Positions 48,948-59,507 of a stretch of 64,000 bases of DNA are shown piece after piece. Each line of letters starts with the position of its first letter. Positions within the stretch are counted from its first letter, which is position 1. This stretch comes from Squalus acanthias (lineage: Eukaryota): contig JASTWF010000035.1 of NCBI GenBank assembly GCA_030390025.1, forward strand, positions 2,170,001-2,234,000, given 5' to 3'. Under the pieces are notes generated by a model. It saw only the letters and a list, made by a program, of their open reading frames with translations, had not been told where the DNA came from and did no database searches. Both the position numbers and the translations under genes were made by a program.

Positions 48948-49800
48948 AGTCAGAAGGTTGCGGGTTCAAGTCCCACTCCAGGATTTGAGCAAAAAACTCC
49001 AGTGCAGTACTGAGGGCGCGCTGCACTGTCGGAGGGGCGGTACTGAGGGCGTGCTGCACTGTCGGAGGGGCGGTACTGAGGGCGCGCTGCACTGTCGGAG
49101 GGGCAGTACTGAGGGCGCGCTGCACTGTCGGAGGGGCAGTACTGAGGGCGCGCTGCACTGTCGGAGGGGCAGTACTGAGGGCGCGCTGCACTGTCGGAGG
49201 GGCTGTACTGAGGGCGCGCTGCACTGTCGGAGGGGCAGTACTGAGGGAGGGCCACACTGTCGGAGGGGCAGTACTGAGGGCGCGCTGCACTGTCGGAGGG
49301 GCAGTACTGAGGGAGCGCCGCACTGTCGGAGGGGCAGTACTGAGGGAGCGCCGCACTGTCAGATAGGCAGTACTGAGGGAGCGCTGCACTGTCAGAGGGG
49401 CAGTACTGAGGGAGTGCTGCACTGTCAGAGGGGCAGCACTGAGGGAGTGTTGCACTGTCAGAGGGGCAGCACTGAGGGAAAGCCGTACTGTCGGATGTAA
49501 CTCCTCTGAGATGAGATGCTAAACAAAGACCTCTCAGATGGATGTAACCAAACCCATGACACTATTTCGAGCAGGGGAGTTCTCCCCGCATTCCTGGACA
49601 ATATTTATCTCTCATCCAACATCACTAAAAACAGATTATCTGGTTATTATCACTTTGCTGTTTGTGGGAGCTTGCTGTGCGTAAATTGGCTACCGCGTTT
49701 CCTACATTACAACACCGACTCCACCTCAAAGTACTTCATTGTGTGTGAAGCTCTTTGGGACGTTCTCTGTTGATGAAGGGCGCTCTATCAACATGTATAT
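48948..49800 (+). mobile_element. Deu-domain SINE with internal 33-bp tandem expansion
   Basis: B-box GGTTCAAGTCCC followed by the array and the Deu-like core. Confidence 0.75.
49006..49495. repeat. 33-bp minisatellite (CAGTACTGAGGGCGCGCTGCACTGTCGGAGGGG), ~15 units
   Basis: Direct periodicity. Confidence 0.95.
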
Positions 49801-49925
49801 CTTTTTTACAACTCTTGTCTTTGTCAAGGAAAATGGCCATTCAAAACAAAACCAAATGATCCCCGTTAGGATTTAAAATTCAATTTGGAACCAATCCTAC
49901 ATTTACACGAGGCCTCTGTTCTGTA

Positions 49926-51682
49926 GAACATAAGAATTAGGAGCAGGAGTCGGCCATACGGCCCCTCGAGCCTGCTCCGCCATTCAATGGGGAAATTACT
50001 AGAGTCCATTCTAAAAGATGTAATAGCAGAGCACTTGGAAAACAGTGACAGGATCAGACAAAGTCAACATGGATTTACAAAAGGTAAATCATGCTTGACT
50101 AAACTACTGGAATTTTTTGAGGATGTAACTGGTAAAATAGATAAGGGAGAACCAGTGGATGTGGTGTATTTGGACTTTCAGAAGGCTTTCGATAAGATCC
50201 CGCATAAGAGATTAGCGTGCAAAGTTAAAGCACATGGGATTGGGGGTAAGGTACTGTCTTGGATAGAGAACTGGTTGGCAGACAGGAAGCAAAGAGTTGG
50301 AATAAATGGGCCTTTTTCCGAGTGGCAGGCAGTGACTAGTGGGGTACCGCAGGGATCGGTCCTAGGACCCCAGCTATTCACAATATATATTAATGATCTA
50401 GACGAGGGAATTGGATGTAATATCTCCAAGTTTGCAGTCGACACAAAGCTGGGTGGGAGTGTGTGCCGTGAGGAGGATGCCGAGAAACTCCAGTATGATT
50501 TGGACAGGTTGGGTGATTGGGCAGAAGCATGGCAGATGCAATATAATGTGGATAATGCGAGGTTATCCACTTTGGTGTCAAAAACAGGAAGGCAGATTAT
50601 TATCTGAATGGCAATAAATTGGGAGAAGGGGAAGTGCAACGAGACCTGGGTGTCCTTGTGCACCAGTCGCTGAAGGTAAGCATGCAGGTGCAGCAGGCGG
50701 TTAAGAAGGCAAATGGTATCTTGGCCTTTGTAGCGAAAGGGTTCAAGTACAGGAAGAAGGATGTCTTGCTGCAGTTGTACAGGGCCTTGGTGAGACCACA
50801 CCTTGAGTAGTGTGTGCAGTTTTGGTCGCCTTATCTGAGGAAGGATGTTCTTGCCATTGAGGGAGTGCAGCGAAGATTCACCAGACTGATACCTGGGGTG
50901 GCAGGAATGACGTATGAGGAGAGATTGGGTCGATTGGGCTTATACTCGCTGGAGTTTAGAAGAATGAGAGGGGATCTCATTGAAACTTATAAAATTCTAA
51001 CAGGACTAGACAGACTAGATGCAGGAAGGATGTTCCCGATGGCCGGGGAGTCCAGAACCAGGGGTCACAGTCTAAGATAAGGGGTAAGCCATTTAGGACT
51101 GAGATGAGGAGGAATTTCTTCACCCAGAGAGTGGTGAACCTGTGGAATTCTCAACCACAGAAGGCAGTTGAGGCCAATTCATTAAATATATTCAAGAAGG
51201 AGTTAGATATATTTCTTAAAGCTAAAGGGATCAAGGGATATGGGGAGAAGGCAGGGACAGGGTACTGAGTTTGGATGATCAGCCATGATCTCATCGAATG
51301 GCGGAGTAGGCTCGAGGGGCTGAATGGCCTGCTCCTGCTCCTATCTTCTATGTTTCTATGTTTCAATAAGATCATGGCTGATCTTCTGCCTCAACTCCAC
51401 TTCCCCGCCCGATCTCCATATCTCTTGATATCCGAGAGTCCAAAAATCTATCGATCTCAGCCTTGAATATACTCAAAGACTCAGCATTCACAGCCCTCTG
51501 GGGCAGAGAATTCCAGAAATTCACAATCCTCTGAGTGAAGAAATTCCTCCTCATCTCAGTACTAAATGGCCGACCCCTTATCCTGAGACTGTGACCCCTG
51601 GTTCTATACTCTCCAGCCAGGGGAAACAACCTCTCAGAAGTTACTCTGTCAAGCCCTCTCAGAATCTTATATGTCTCAATGA
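49926..51682 (-). mobile_element. CR1 3' end (pieces 49926-49987 and 51362-51682) split by a plus-strand CR1
   Basis: Antisense 3'UTR breaks at CCATTCAAT and resumes at TTCAATAAGATCATGG. Confidence 0.8.
49988..51361 (+). mobile_element. 5'-truncated CR1 (degenerate RT), possible TTCAAT TSD
   Basis: ORFs 49987-51080; tail TTCTATGTTTCTATG. Confidence 0.88.
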
Positions 51683-51685
51683 CAA

Positions 51686-53745
51686 CAGAATCATAGAAAT
51701 TTATCATAGAAATTTACAGCACAGGATATAGCCATTTGGCCCATCATGTCTGTACCAGCCGACTAAGAGCCTAATCCCACTTTCCGGTTCTTGGTCTATA
51801 GCCCTGTAGGTTACAGCACTTCAAGTGCATATCTAAATGCGATGAGGGTTTCTGCCTCTACCACCTCTTCAGGCAATGAGTTCCAGACACTCACCACCCT
51901 CTGGGTGAAAAAAGTTCTCAACGACCCTCTAATCCTTCCACCAATTACTTTACAGCTATGCCCCCTGGTAAATGACCCTTCTGCTAAGGGAAATAGGTCC
52001 GTCCTATCCACTCTATCTAGGCCCCTCATAATCTTATAACATCTGTTGTCGGAAAATTGCTAGAGTCTATAGTTAAGGATAGGGTGACTGAACACCCCAA
52101 AAATTTTCAGTTGATCAGGGAGAGCCAGCATGGATTTGTGAAAGGTAGGTCATGCCTGACAAACCTGATTGAATTTTTTGAGGTGACTAAAGTAGTGGAC
52201 AGGGGAATGTCTATGGATGCTATTTATATGGACTTCCAGAAGGCATTTGATAAAGTCCCACATAAGAGACTGTTAACTAAGGTAGAAGCCTTAGGGCAAT
52301 TATTGACCTGGTTAGGAAATTGGCTGAGCGGCAGGAGACAGGCAGCAGGGACGATGGGCAGGTACTCAAATTGGCAGGATGTGACTAGTGGTGTCCTGCA
52401 GGGATCTGTGTTGGGGCCTAAACTATTCACAATATTTATTAACGACTTAGCTGATGGCATAGAAAGCCACATATCCAAGTTTGCTGATGACACAAAGATA
52501 GGCGGCATTGTAGGCAGTGTAGATAATAGCATAAAATTACAAAGGGATATCGAGAGATTAAGTGAATGGACAAAACTGTGGCAAATGGATTTCAATGTAG
52601 GCAAATGTGAGGTCATCCACTTTGGGCCTAAAAAGGATAGAACAGGGTACTTTCTAAATGGTGAAAAACTAAAAACAGTTGGAGATCCAAAGAGACTTGG
52701 GAATCCAGGTACATTGATCATTAAAATGTCATGAACAATTAAAAAGGCTAATGGAATGCTGGCCTTTATATCTAGAGGACTAGAGTACAAGGGGGTAGAA
52801 GTTATGCTGCAGCTGTACAAAACCCTGGTTAGACCACACCTGGAGCACTGTGAGCAGTTCTGGGCCGATACCTTAAGGAGGATATATTGGCCTTGGAGGG
52901 AGTGCAGCGTAGGTTTACCAGAATGATAAGTTACGAGGATAGATTACACAAATTAGGGTTGTATTCCCTAGAATTTAAAAGGTTAAGGGGTGATCTGATC
53001 GAAGTTTTCAGGATATTAAGGGGAACTGATAGGGTAGATAGAGAGAAACAATTTCCGCCAGTTGGGGATTCTAGGACTAGGGGGCATAATCTAAAAATTA
53101 GAGCCAGACCTTTCAGAAGTCAAATTAGGAAACACTTCTACACACAAAGGGTGGTAGATGATTGGACCTATTTTCCGCAAACGGCAATTAATGCTAGAGC
53201 AATTGTTAATTTTAAATCGGAGAGCGATAGCTTTTTGTTAACTAAAGGCATTGAGGGATATGGGCCAAAGGTGGGTATATGGAGTTAGGTCACAGCTCAA
53301 CCATGATCTCACTGAATGGCGGAGCAGGCTTGAGGGGCTGAATGGCCTCCTCCTGTTCCTATATATGTTCCTATGTTTTACACCTCAATTAGGTCTCCCC
53401 TCAGCCTCCTCTGTTCCAAAGAAAACAACCTCAGCCTATCCAATCTTTCCTCAAAGCTAAAATTCTCCAGTCCTGGCAACATCCTCGTAAATCTCCTCTG
53501 TACCCTCTCTAGTGCAATCACCTCTCAATACTAAACTCCAGAGAGTATAGGCCCATTCTACTCAATCTCTCCTCATAGGACAAACCTCTCATTCCAGGAA
53601 TCAATCTAGTGAACCTTCGTTGCACCGCCTCCAAGGCAAGTATATCCTTCCATACGCAGTACTCCAGATGTGGTCCCACCAAAGCCCTGTACATTTCAGC
53701 AAGGCTTCCTTACTCTTGTACTCCAACCTCCTTGCAATAAAGGCC
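51686..53745 (-). mobile_element. Minus-strand CR1 3' fragments (51686-52037, 53378-53745) around a plus-strand CR1
   Basis: Minus ORF 51811-52029; antisense sequence continues after 53377. Confidence 0.75.
52038..53377 (+). mobile_element. 5'-truncated CR1 (degenerate RT)
   Basis: ORFs 52057-52734 and 52887-53288; 3' hairpin and tail. Confidence 0.88.
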
Positions 53746-53866
53746 CAATCCTCCTTGGATACGGGGGTGGTGCCAGAGGACTGGAGGATTGCAAATGTTA
53801 CACCATTGTTCAAAAAAAAGTAAGGATAAGTCCAGAAACTACAGGCCAGTCAGCTTGACCTCGGTG

Positions 53867-56800
53867 ACCTGGAACCGATGTCCTCGGGGTAATATTTGCT
53901 AAAGCAGTTCGGGAGGATTTAAACTAATATGGCAGGGGAAGGGGAACCTATGTAGCGAAACAGGGGGAAGTAATATGCAGTCAGAAACAAATGTTAGAAG
54001 GGTGAGAAACAATAGGGGAAGGCCGAGTAAACAAAGGCAAGAAACACAAAGGGCCATACTAAATCATAAGTCTAAAAGGACAAAGGATGTTAATAAAATA
54101 AGTCTAAAGGCTCTGTGTCTTAATGCAAGGAGTATCCGTAATAAGGTGGATGAATTGACTGTGCAAATAGATGTTAACGGATACGATGTGATTGGGATTA
54201 CAGAGACGTGGCTCCAGAACAATCAAGGCTGGGAACTGAACATCCAGGGGTATTCAACATTCAGAAAGGATAGAATAAAAGGAAAAGGGGGTGGGGTAGC
54301 ATTGCTGGTTAAAGAGGAGATTAATGCAATAGCTAGGAAGGACATCAGCTTGGAGGATGTGGAATCAATATGGGTTGAGCTGCAGAACACCAAAGGGCAG
54401 AAAACGTTAGTGGGAGTTGTGTACAGACCTCCAAACAGCAGTGGTGAGGTGAGGGAGGGTATGAAACAGGAAATCAGAGGTGCGTGCAAAAAAGGCACGG
54501 CAGTTATCATGGGTGACTTTAATATGCATATAGATTGGGCTACTCAAACTGGAAGCAATACGGTGGAGGAGGATTTCCTGGAGTGTTTAAGGGATGGTTT
54601 CCTAAACCAATATGTTGAGGAACCAACTCGAGGGGAGGCCATCCTGGACTGGGTGTTGTGTAATGAGGAAGGACTAATCAGCAATCTTGTGGTACGAGGC
54701 CCCCTGGGGAAGAGTGACCATAGTATGGTGGAGTTCTACATTAGGATGGAGAAGGAAACAGTTAAGTCAGAGACCATGGTCCAGAACTTAAATAAGGGCA
54801 ACTTTGATGGTATGAGGCGTGAATTGGCGAGGTTAAATTGGCAAGCGATATTTAAGGGGCTATCAGTGGAAGGGCAATGGCAGACATTTAGAGATCGCAT
54901 GGATGAACTACAACAATTGTACATCCCGGTCTGGCGTAAAAATAAAAAAGGGAAGGTGGCTCAACCATGGCTAACAAGGGAAATCAGGGATAGTATTAAA
55001 ACCAAGGAAGTTGCATACAAATTGGCCAGAAGTAGCAGCAAACCCGGGGACTGGGAGAACTTCAAAACTCAGCAAAGGAGGACGAAGGGTTTGATTAGGG
55101 CAGGGAAAATAAAATATGAAAGGAAGCTTGCAGAGAACATTAAAATGGACTGCAAAAGCTTCTATAAATATGTAAAAAGAAAGAGGTTAGTAAAAACAAA
55201 CGTAGGTCCCCTGCAGTCGGAAACAGGGCAAGTCGTAATGGGGAACAAGGAAATGGCAGATCAATTGAACAAGTACTTTGGTTCGGTGTTTACTGTGGAG
55301 GACACACACAACCTGCCGGAAATAAAAGGGGTCAGAGGATCTGGTAAGAGGGAGGAGCTGAGGGAAATCCTTATTAGTCGGGAAAAGGTATTGGGGAAAT
55401 TGATGGGACTGAAGGCTGAAAAATCCCCGGGGCCTGATGGTCTGCATCCCAGAGTACTTCAGGAGGTGGCCTTGGAAATAGTGGATGCATTGACGATCAT
55501 TTTCCAACATTCCTTAGACTCTGGATCAGTTCCGATGGAGTGGAGGGTGGCCAATGTAACCCCTCTTTTTAAAAAAGGAGGGAGGGAGAAAGCAGGGAAT
55601 TATAGACCGGTCAGCCTGACATCGGTCGTGGGTAAAATGATGGAAGCAATTATTAAAGATGTCATAACAGACCATTTGGAAAGTGGCGACATGATAGGTC
55701 CAAGTCAGCATGGATTTGTGAAAGGGAAATCATGCTTGACAAATCTTCTGGAATTTTTTGAGGATGTTTCCAATAGGGTGGACAGGGGGGAACCAGTAGA
55801 TGTGGTGTATTTGGACTTTCAGAAGGCCTTCGACAAGGTCCCACACAAGAGATTGGTGAGCAAAGTTAAAGCACATGGGATTGGGGGTAATGTGTTGACG
55901 TGGATTGAGAACTGGTTGGCACACAGGAAACAAAGAGTAGGAGTAAATGGGTACTTTTCAGAATGGCAGGCAGTGACCAGCGGGGTACCGCAGGGTTCGG
56001 TGCTGGGACCCCAGCTGTTTACATTATATATTAATGATTTGGACGAAGGGATTAAATGTAATATCTCCAAATTTGCGGATGACACTAAATTGGGAGGCAG
56101 TGTGAACAATGAGGAGGATGCTAGGAGGCTACAGAGTGACTTGGACAGGTTGGGTGAATGGGCAAATGTATGGCAGATGAAGTACAATGTGGATAAATGT
56201 GGTGGTAAAAATAGAGAGGCGGACTATTACCTGAATGGTGGCAGATTAGGGAAAGGGGAGGTGCAACGAGACCTGGGCGTCATGGTACATCAGTCACTGA
56301 AGGTGGGAATGCAAGTGCAGCAGGCAGTCAAGAAAGCAAACGGAATGATGGCCTTCATAGTAAGGGGATTTGAGTACAGGAGTAGGGAGGTGATGCTGCA
56401 GTTGTACAGGGCCTTGGTGAGGCCACACCTGGAGTATTGTGCGCAGTTTTGGTCTCCTAACTTAAGGAAGGACATTCTTGCTATTGAGGGAGTGCAGCGA
56501 AGGTTCACTAGATTGATTCCTGGGATGGCCGGACTGACATATCAAGAAAGATTGGGTCAACTGAACTTGTATCCTCTGGAGTTCAGAAGAATGAGGGGGG
56601 ATCTTATAGAGACATTTAAAATCCTGACTGGTTTAGACAAATTAGATGCGGGCAGAATGTTCCCAATGTTAGGGAAAACTAGAACCAGGGGTCACAGTCT
56701 AAGGATTAAGGGGAAGCCATTTAAGACTGAGCTGAGGAGGAACTTCTTCACCCAGAGAGTGGTGAATCTATGGAATTCTCTTCCACAGAAGGTTGTTGAG

Positions 56801-56995
56801 GCCAGTTCGCTAAATATATTCAAAAGGGAGTTAGATATAACACTCACAACTAGGGGGATCAAGGGGTATGGCGAGAAAGCAGGAATGGGGTACTGAGGTA
56901 GCATGTTCAGCCATGAACGCATTGAATGGCGGTGCAGGCTCGAAGGACCGAATGGTCTACTCCTGTATCTATTTTCTATGTTTCTATGTTTCTAT
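53867..56995 (+). mobile_element. CR1 truncated in ORF1, with complete ORF2 and (TTTCTATG)n tail; nested in an older CR1 (53746-53866, 56996-57495)
   Basis: Host reads CTCGGTG|...|GAAAGCTTTTAGAAAC (TSV.GKLLE). Confidence 0.9.
53975..56896 (+). CDS. CR1 ORF2 APE endonuclease-reverse transcriptase, 973 aa, open
   Basis: All APE and RT motifs present; lacks EVIHF near 56200. Confidence 0.9.
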   Translation: MQSETNVRRVRNNRGRPSKQRQETQRAILNHKSKRTKDVNKISLKALCLNARSIRNKVDELTVQIDVNGYDVIGITETWLQNNQGWELNIQGYSTFRKDRIKGKGGGVALLVKEEINAIARKDISLEDVESIWVELQNTKGQKTLVGVVYRPPNSSGEVREGMKQEIRGACKKGTAVIMGDFNMHIDWATQTGSNTVEEDFLECLRDGFLNQYVEEPTRGEAILDWVLCNEEGLISNLVVRGPLGKSDHSMVEFYIRMEKETVKSETMVQNLNKGNFDGMRRELARLNWQAIFKGLSVEGQWQTFRDRMDELQQLYIPVWRKNKKGKVAQPWLTREIRDSIKTKEVAYKLARSSSKPGDWENFKTQQRRTKGLIRAGKIKYERKLAENIKMDCKSFYKYVKRKRLVKTNVGPLQSETGQVVMGNKEMADQLNKYFGSVFTVEDTHNLPEIKGVRGSGKREELREILISREKVLGKLMGLKAEKSPGPDGLHPRVLQEVALEIVDALTIIFQHSLDSGSVPMEWRVANVTPLFKKGGREKAGNYRPVSLTSVVGKMMEAIIKDVITDHLESGDMIGPSQHGFVKGKSCLTNLLEFFEDVSNRVDRGEPVDVVYLDFQKAFDKVPHKRLVSKVKAHGIGGNVLTWIENWLAHRKQRVGVNGYFSEWQAVTSGVPQGSVLGPQLFTLYINDLDEGIKCNISKFADDTKLGGSVNNEEDARRLQSDLDRLGEWANVWQMKYNVDKCGGKNREADYYLNGGRLGKGEVQRDLGVMVHQSLKVGMQVQQAVKKANGMMAFIVRGFEYRSREVMLQLYRALVRPHLEYCAQFWSPNLRKDILAIEGVQRRFTRLIPGMAGLTYQERLGQLNLYPLEFRRMRGDLIETFKILTGLDKLDAGRMFPMLGKTRTRGHSLRIKGKPFKTELRRNFFTQRVVNLWNSLPQKVVEASSLNIFKRELDITLTTRGIKGYGEKAGMGY

Positions 56996-58512
56996 GAAAG
57001 CTTTTAGAAACAATAATCCGGGTCAAAATTTACAGTCACTTGGACAAGTGTGGATTAATTAAGAGAAGCCAGCACGAATGTGTTAAAGACAAATCATGTT
57101 TAACTAACTTGACTGAATTTTTTGATGAGGTAACAGTGAGGGTTGATGAGGGCAGTACGGTTGATGTGGTGTACATGGACTTCCAAAAGGCATTTGATAA
57201 AGTGCCACATAATGGACTTGCCTGCAAAGTTGAAGCCCATGCAATAAAAGGGACAGTGGCAGCATGGATACAAAATTAGCTAAGTGATAGGAAACAGAGA
57301 GTAGTGGTGACCGGTTGTTTATCGGACTAGAGGAAGGTATACAGTGGTGTTCCCCAGGGGTCGGTACTAGGACCACTGCTTTTCTTGATATATATTAATG
57401 ATTTAGACTTGGGTGTATGGGGCACAATTTCAAAATTTGCAGATGACACAAAATGTGGAAGTATAGTGAACAGTGTGGAGGATAGTGATAGACTTCAAGA
57501 GGTTGGTGAACAAAATTAGGGCACATGGAAATGGGGGTAATATACTATCATGGATTGAGAATTGGTTAACAGACAGAAAACAAAGAGTAGGGATAAACGG
57601 GTCTTTTTCAGGATGGCAGGCTGTGACTAGTGGGGTACCGCAAGGATCGGTACTTGGGCCCCAGCAATTCACAATCTATATCAATGATTTGGATGAGGGG
57701 ACTAAATGTAACATTTCCAAATTTGCTGATGATACAAAGCTAGGTGGCAGTGTCAGTTGTGAAGAGGATGTGAAGAGGCTTCAAGGGGATCTCGACAGGC
57801 TCAGTGAGTGGGCGAGAACATGGCAGATGGAATATAATGTGGATAAATGTGAAGTTATCCACTTTGGTAGAAAAAACATAAAGGCAGAGTATTTCCTAAA
57901 TGGTGAAAGATTGGGGAATGCAGATGCTCAAAGGGTCTTGGGTGTCCTTGTACATGAGTCACTGAAAGTGAATGTGCATGTGAAGCAAGCCATTAGGAAG
58001 GCAAATGGTATGCTGGCCTTCATTACAAGAGGATTTGAGTACAGGAGTAAAGAAGTCTTACTCCAATTATATAGGGCCTTGGTGAGACCACACCTGGAGC
58101 ACTGTGTACAATTTTGGTCTCCTTACCTAAGGAAGGATATACTTGCCACAGAGGCGGCGGACCTGGGTGGAGCAACAGCGGCGAGGCGGAAGCGGTAAAA
58201 GGCGGCAGCGGACCAGGTAGGCCCACAGAGGCGGCGGACCTGGGTGGAGCAACAGCGGCGAGGCGGAAGCGGTAAAAGGCGGCAGCGGACCAGGTAGGCT
58301 TTCACCAAGCCGAGAGCAGGAGAGAGGTAAAAATAATCGAAGTGTGACGTCACCAGAAAGCAGGTAAGTGATTGGTTGGTGAGTATTTCTCTTTTTTTAT
58401 ACAAAACTTCAATTCCATAGTTTATAGTTTCTCAGGTATCTGTGGTGTAGCGGAGACTGCTGGCATAAATTAACTGAAGGGAAAATAATACATTTTTAAT
58501 TAATTACATAGA

Positions 58513-59469
58513 ATGGGAGAGAAGGTGATGTGTTACTGCTGCAATATGTGGGAGCTGGTGGACACCATTGATGTTCACGGTGAACACATTTGCAGTAAGT
58601 GTTGGCTGCTCGAGGAACTCCGGCTCCGTGTTGATGAGCTGGAGTCCGAGCTTCAAACAGTGCGACACATCAGGGAGGGGGAGAGTTACCTGGACTCCGT
58701 GTTTCAGGAGGTAGTCACACCAATTAGAGTAACTAATTCAGAAGTAGCCCGTGGTCAGGGACAGGAAGGTGTGACTACGAGTGAGGCAGGTACAGGGATC
58801 CAGGAGGTAGTGTTGGAGGAGCCGCAGCCCTTGCTCTTGTCCAACAGGTTCGAGGCTCTTACTCCCTGTGTGGATAGGAGCGGGGACTGCAGGGAGGATG
58901 AGCAACCTGGCCACAGCACCGTGGTAAGGGGGGCCATTCAAGTGGGGGGAGTAAAAAGAAATGTTGTAGTGGTAGGGGATAGTATCATTAGGGGGATAGA
59001 TAGGGTTCTTTGCAGCCAAGAGCGAGAGTCCCGAAGGCTGTGTTGCCTGCCCGGTGCCAGGGTTAAGGACATCTCCTCTGGGCTGGAGAGAAACTTGGAG
59101 TGGGAGGGGGAGGATCCAGTTGTCGTGGTCCATGTTGGTACCAATGACATAGATAGGACAAGGAAAGAGGTTCTGCTGAGGGAGTTTGAGCAGCTAGGGG
59201 CCAAATTAAAAAGCAGAACCTCGAGGGTAATAATCTCTGGATTACTACCTGAGCCACGAGCAAATTTGGCTAGGGTAAATAAAATCAGGGAGTTGAATGC
59301 GTGGCTCAAAGACTGGTGTGGGAAAAATGGGTTTTGCTTCTTGGGACACTGGCACCAGTACTGGGGCAGGAGAGAGCTGTTCCGTTTGGACGGACTTCAC
59401 TTGGCCAGTGCTGGGACTAGTGTCCTGGCGAATCGAATAACTAGGGCTGTGGAGAGGGCTTTAAACTAA
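58513..59469 (+). CDS. CR1 ORF1: C-x2-C...C-x2-C finger, coiled coil, SGNH esterase domain
   Basis: CYCCNMW...CSKC, heptad LEELRLRVDELESEL, VVGDSI, CLPGA, HVGTND, DGLH. Confidence 0.92.
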   Translation: MGEKVMCYCCNMWELVDTIDVHGEHICSKCWLLEELRLRVDELESELQTVRHIREGESYLDSVFQEVVTPIRVTNSEVARGQGQEGVTTSEAGTGIQEVVLEEPQPLLLSNRFEALTPCVDRSGDCREDEQPGHSTVVRGAIQVGGVKRNVVVVGDSIIRGIDRVLCSQERESRRLCCLPGARVKDISSGLERNLEWEGEDPVVVVHVGTNDIDRTRKEVLLREFEQLGAKLKSRTSRVIISGLLPEPRANLARVNKIRELNAWLKDWCGKNGFCFLGHWHQYWGRRELFRLDGLHLASAGTSVLANRITRAVERALN

Positions 59470-59507
59470 TTAGTGGGGGGGAGGTTACAAGAGAGCAAAA
59501 AATAAAA

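Noticed and set aside
48928..49500. Repetitive ORFs (STAPPTVQRAL / STEGALHCRRG)
   Set aside because: Translation of a 33-bp minisatellite within a SINE.
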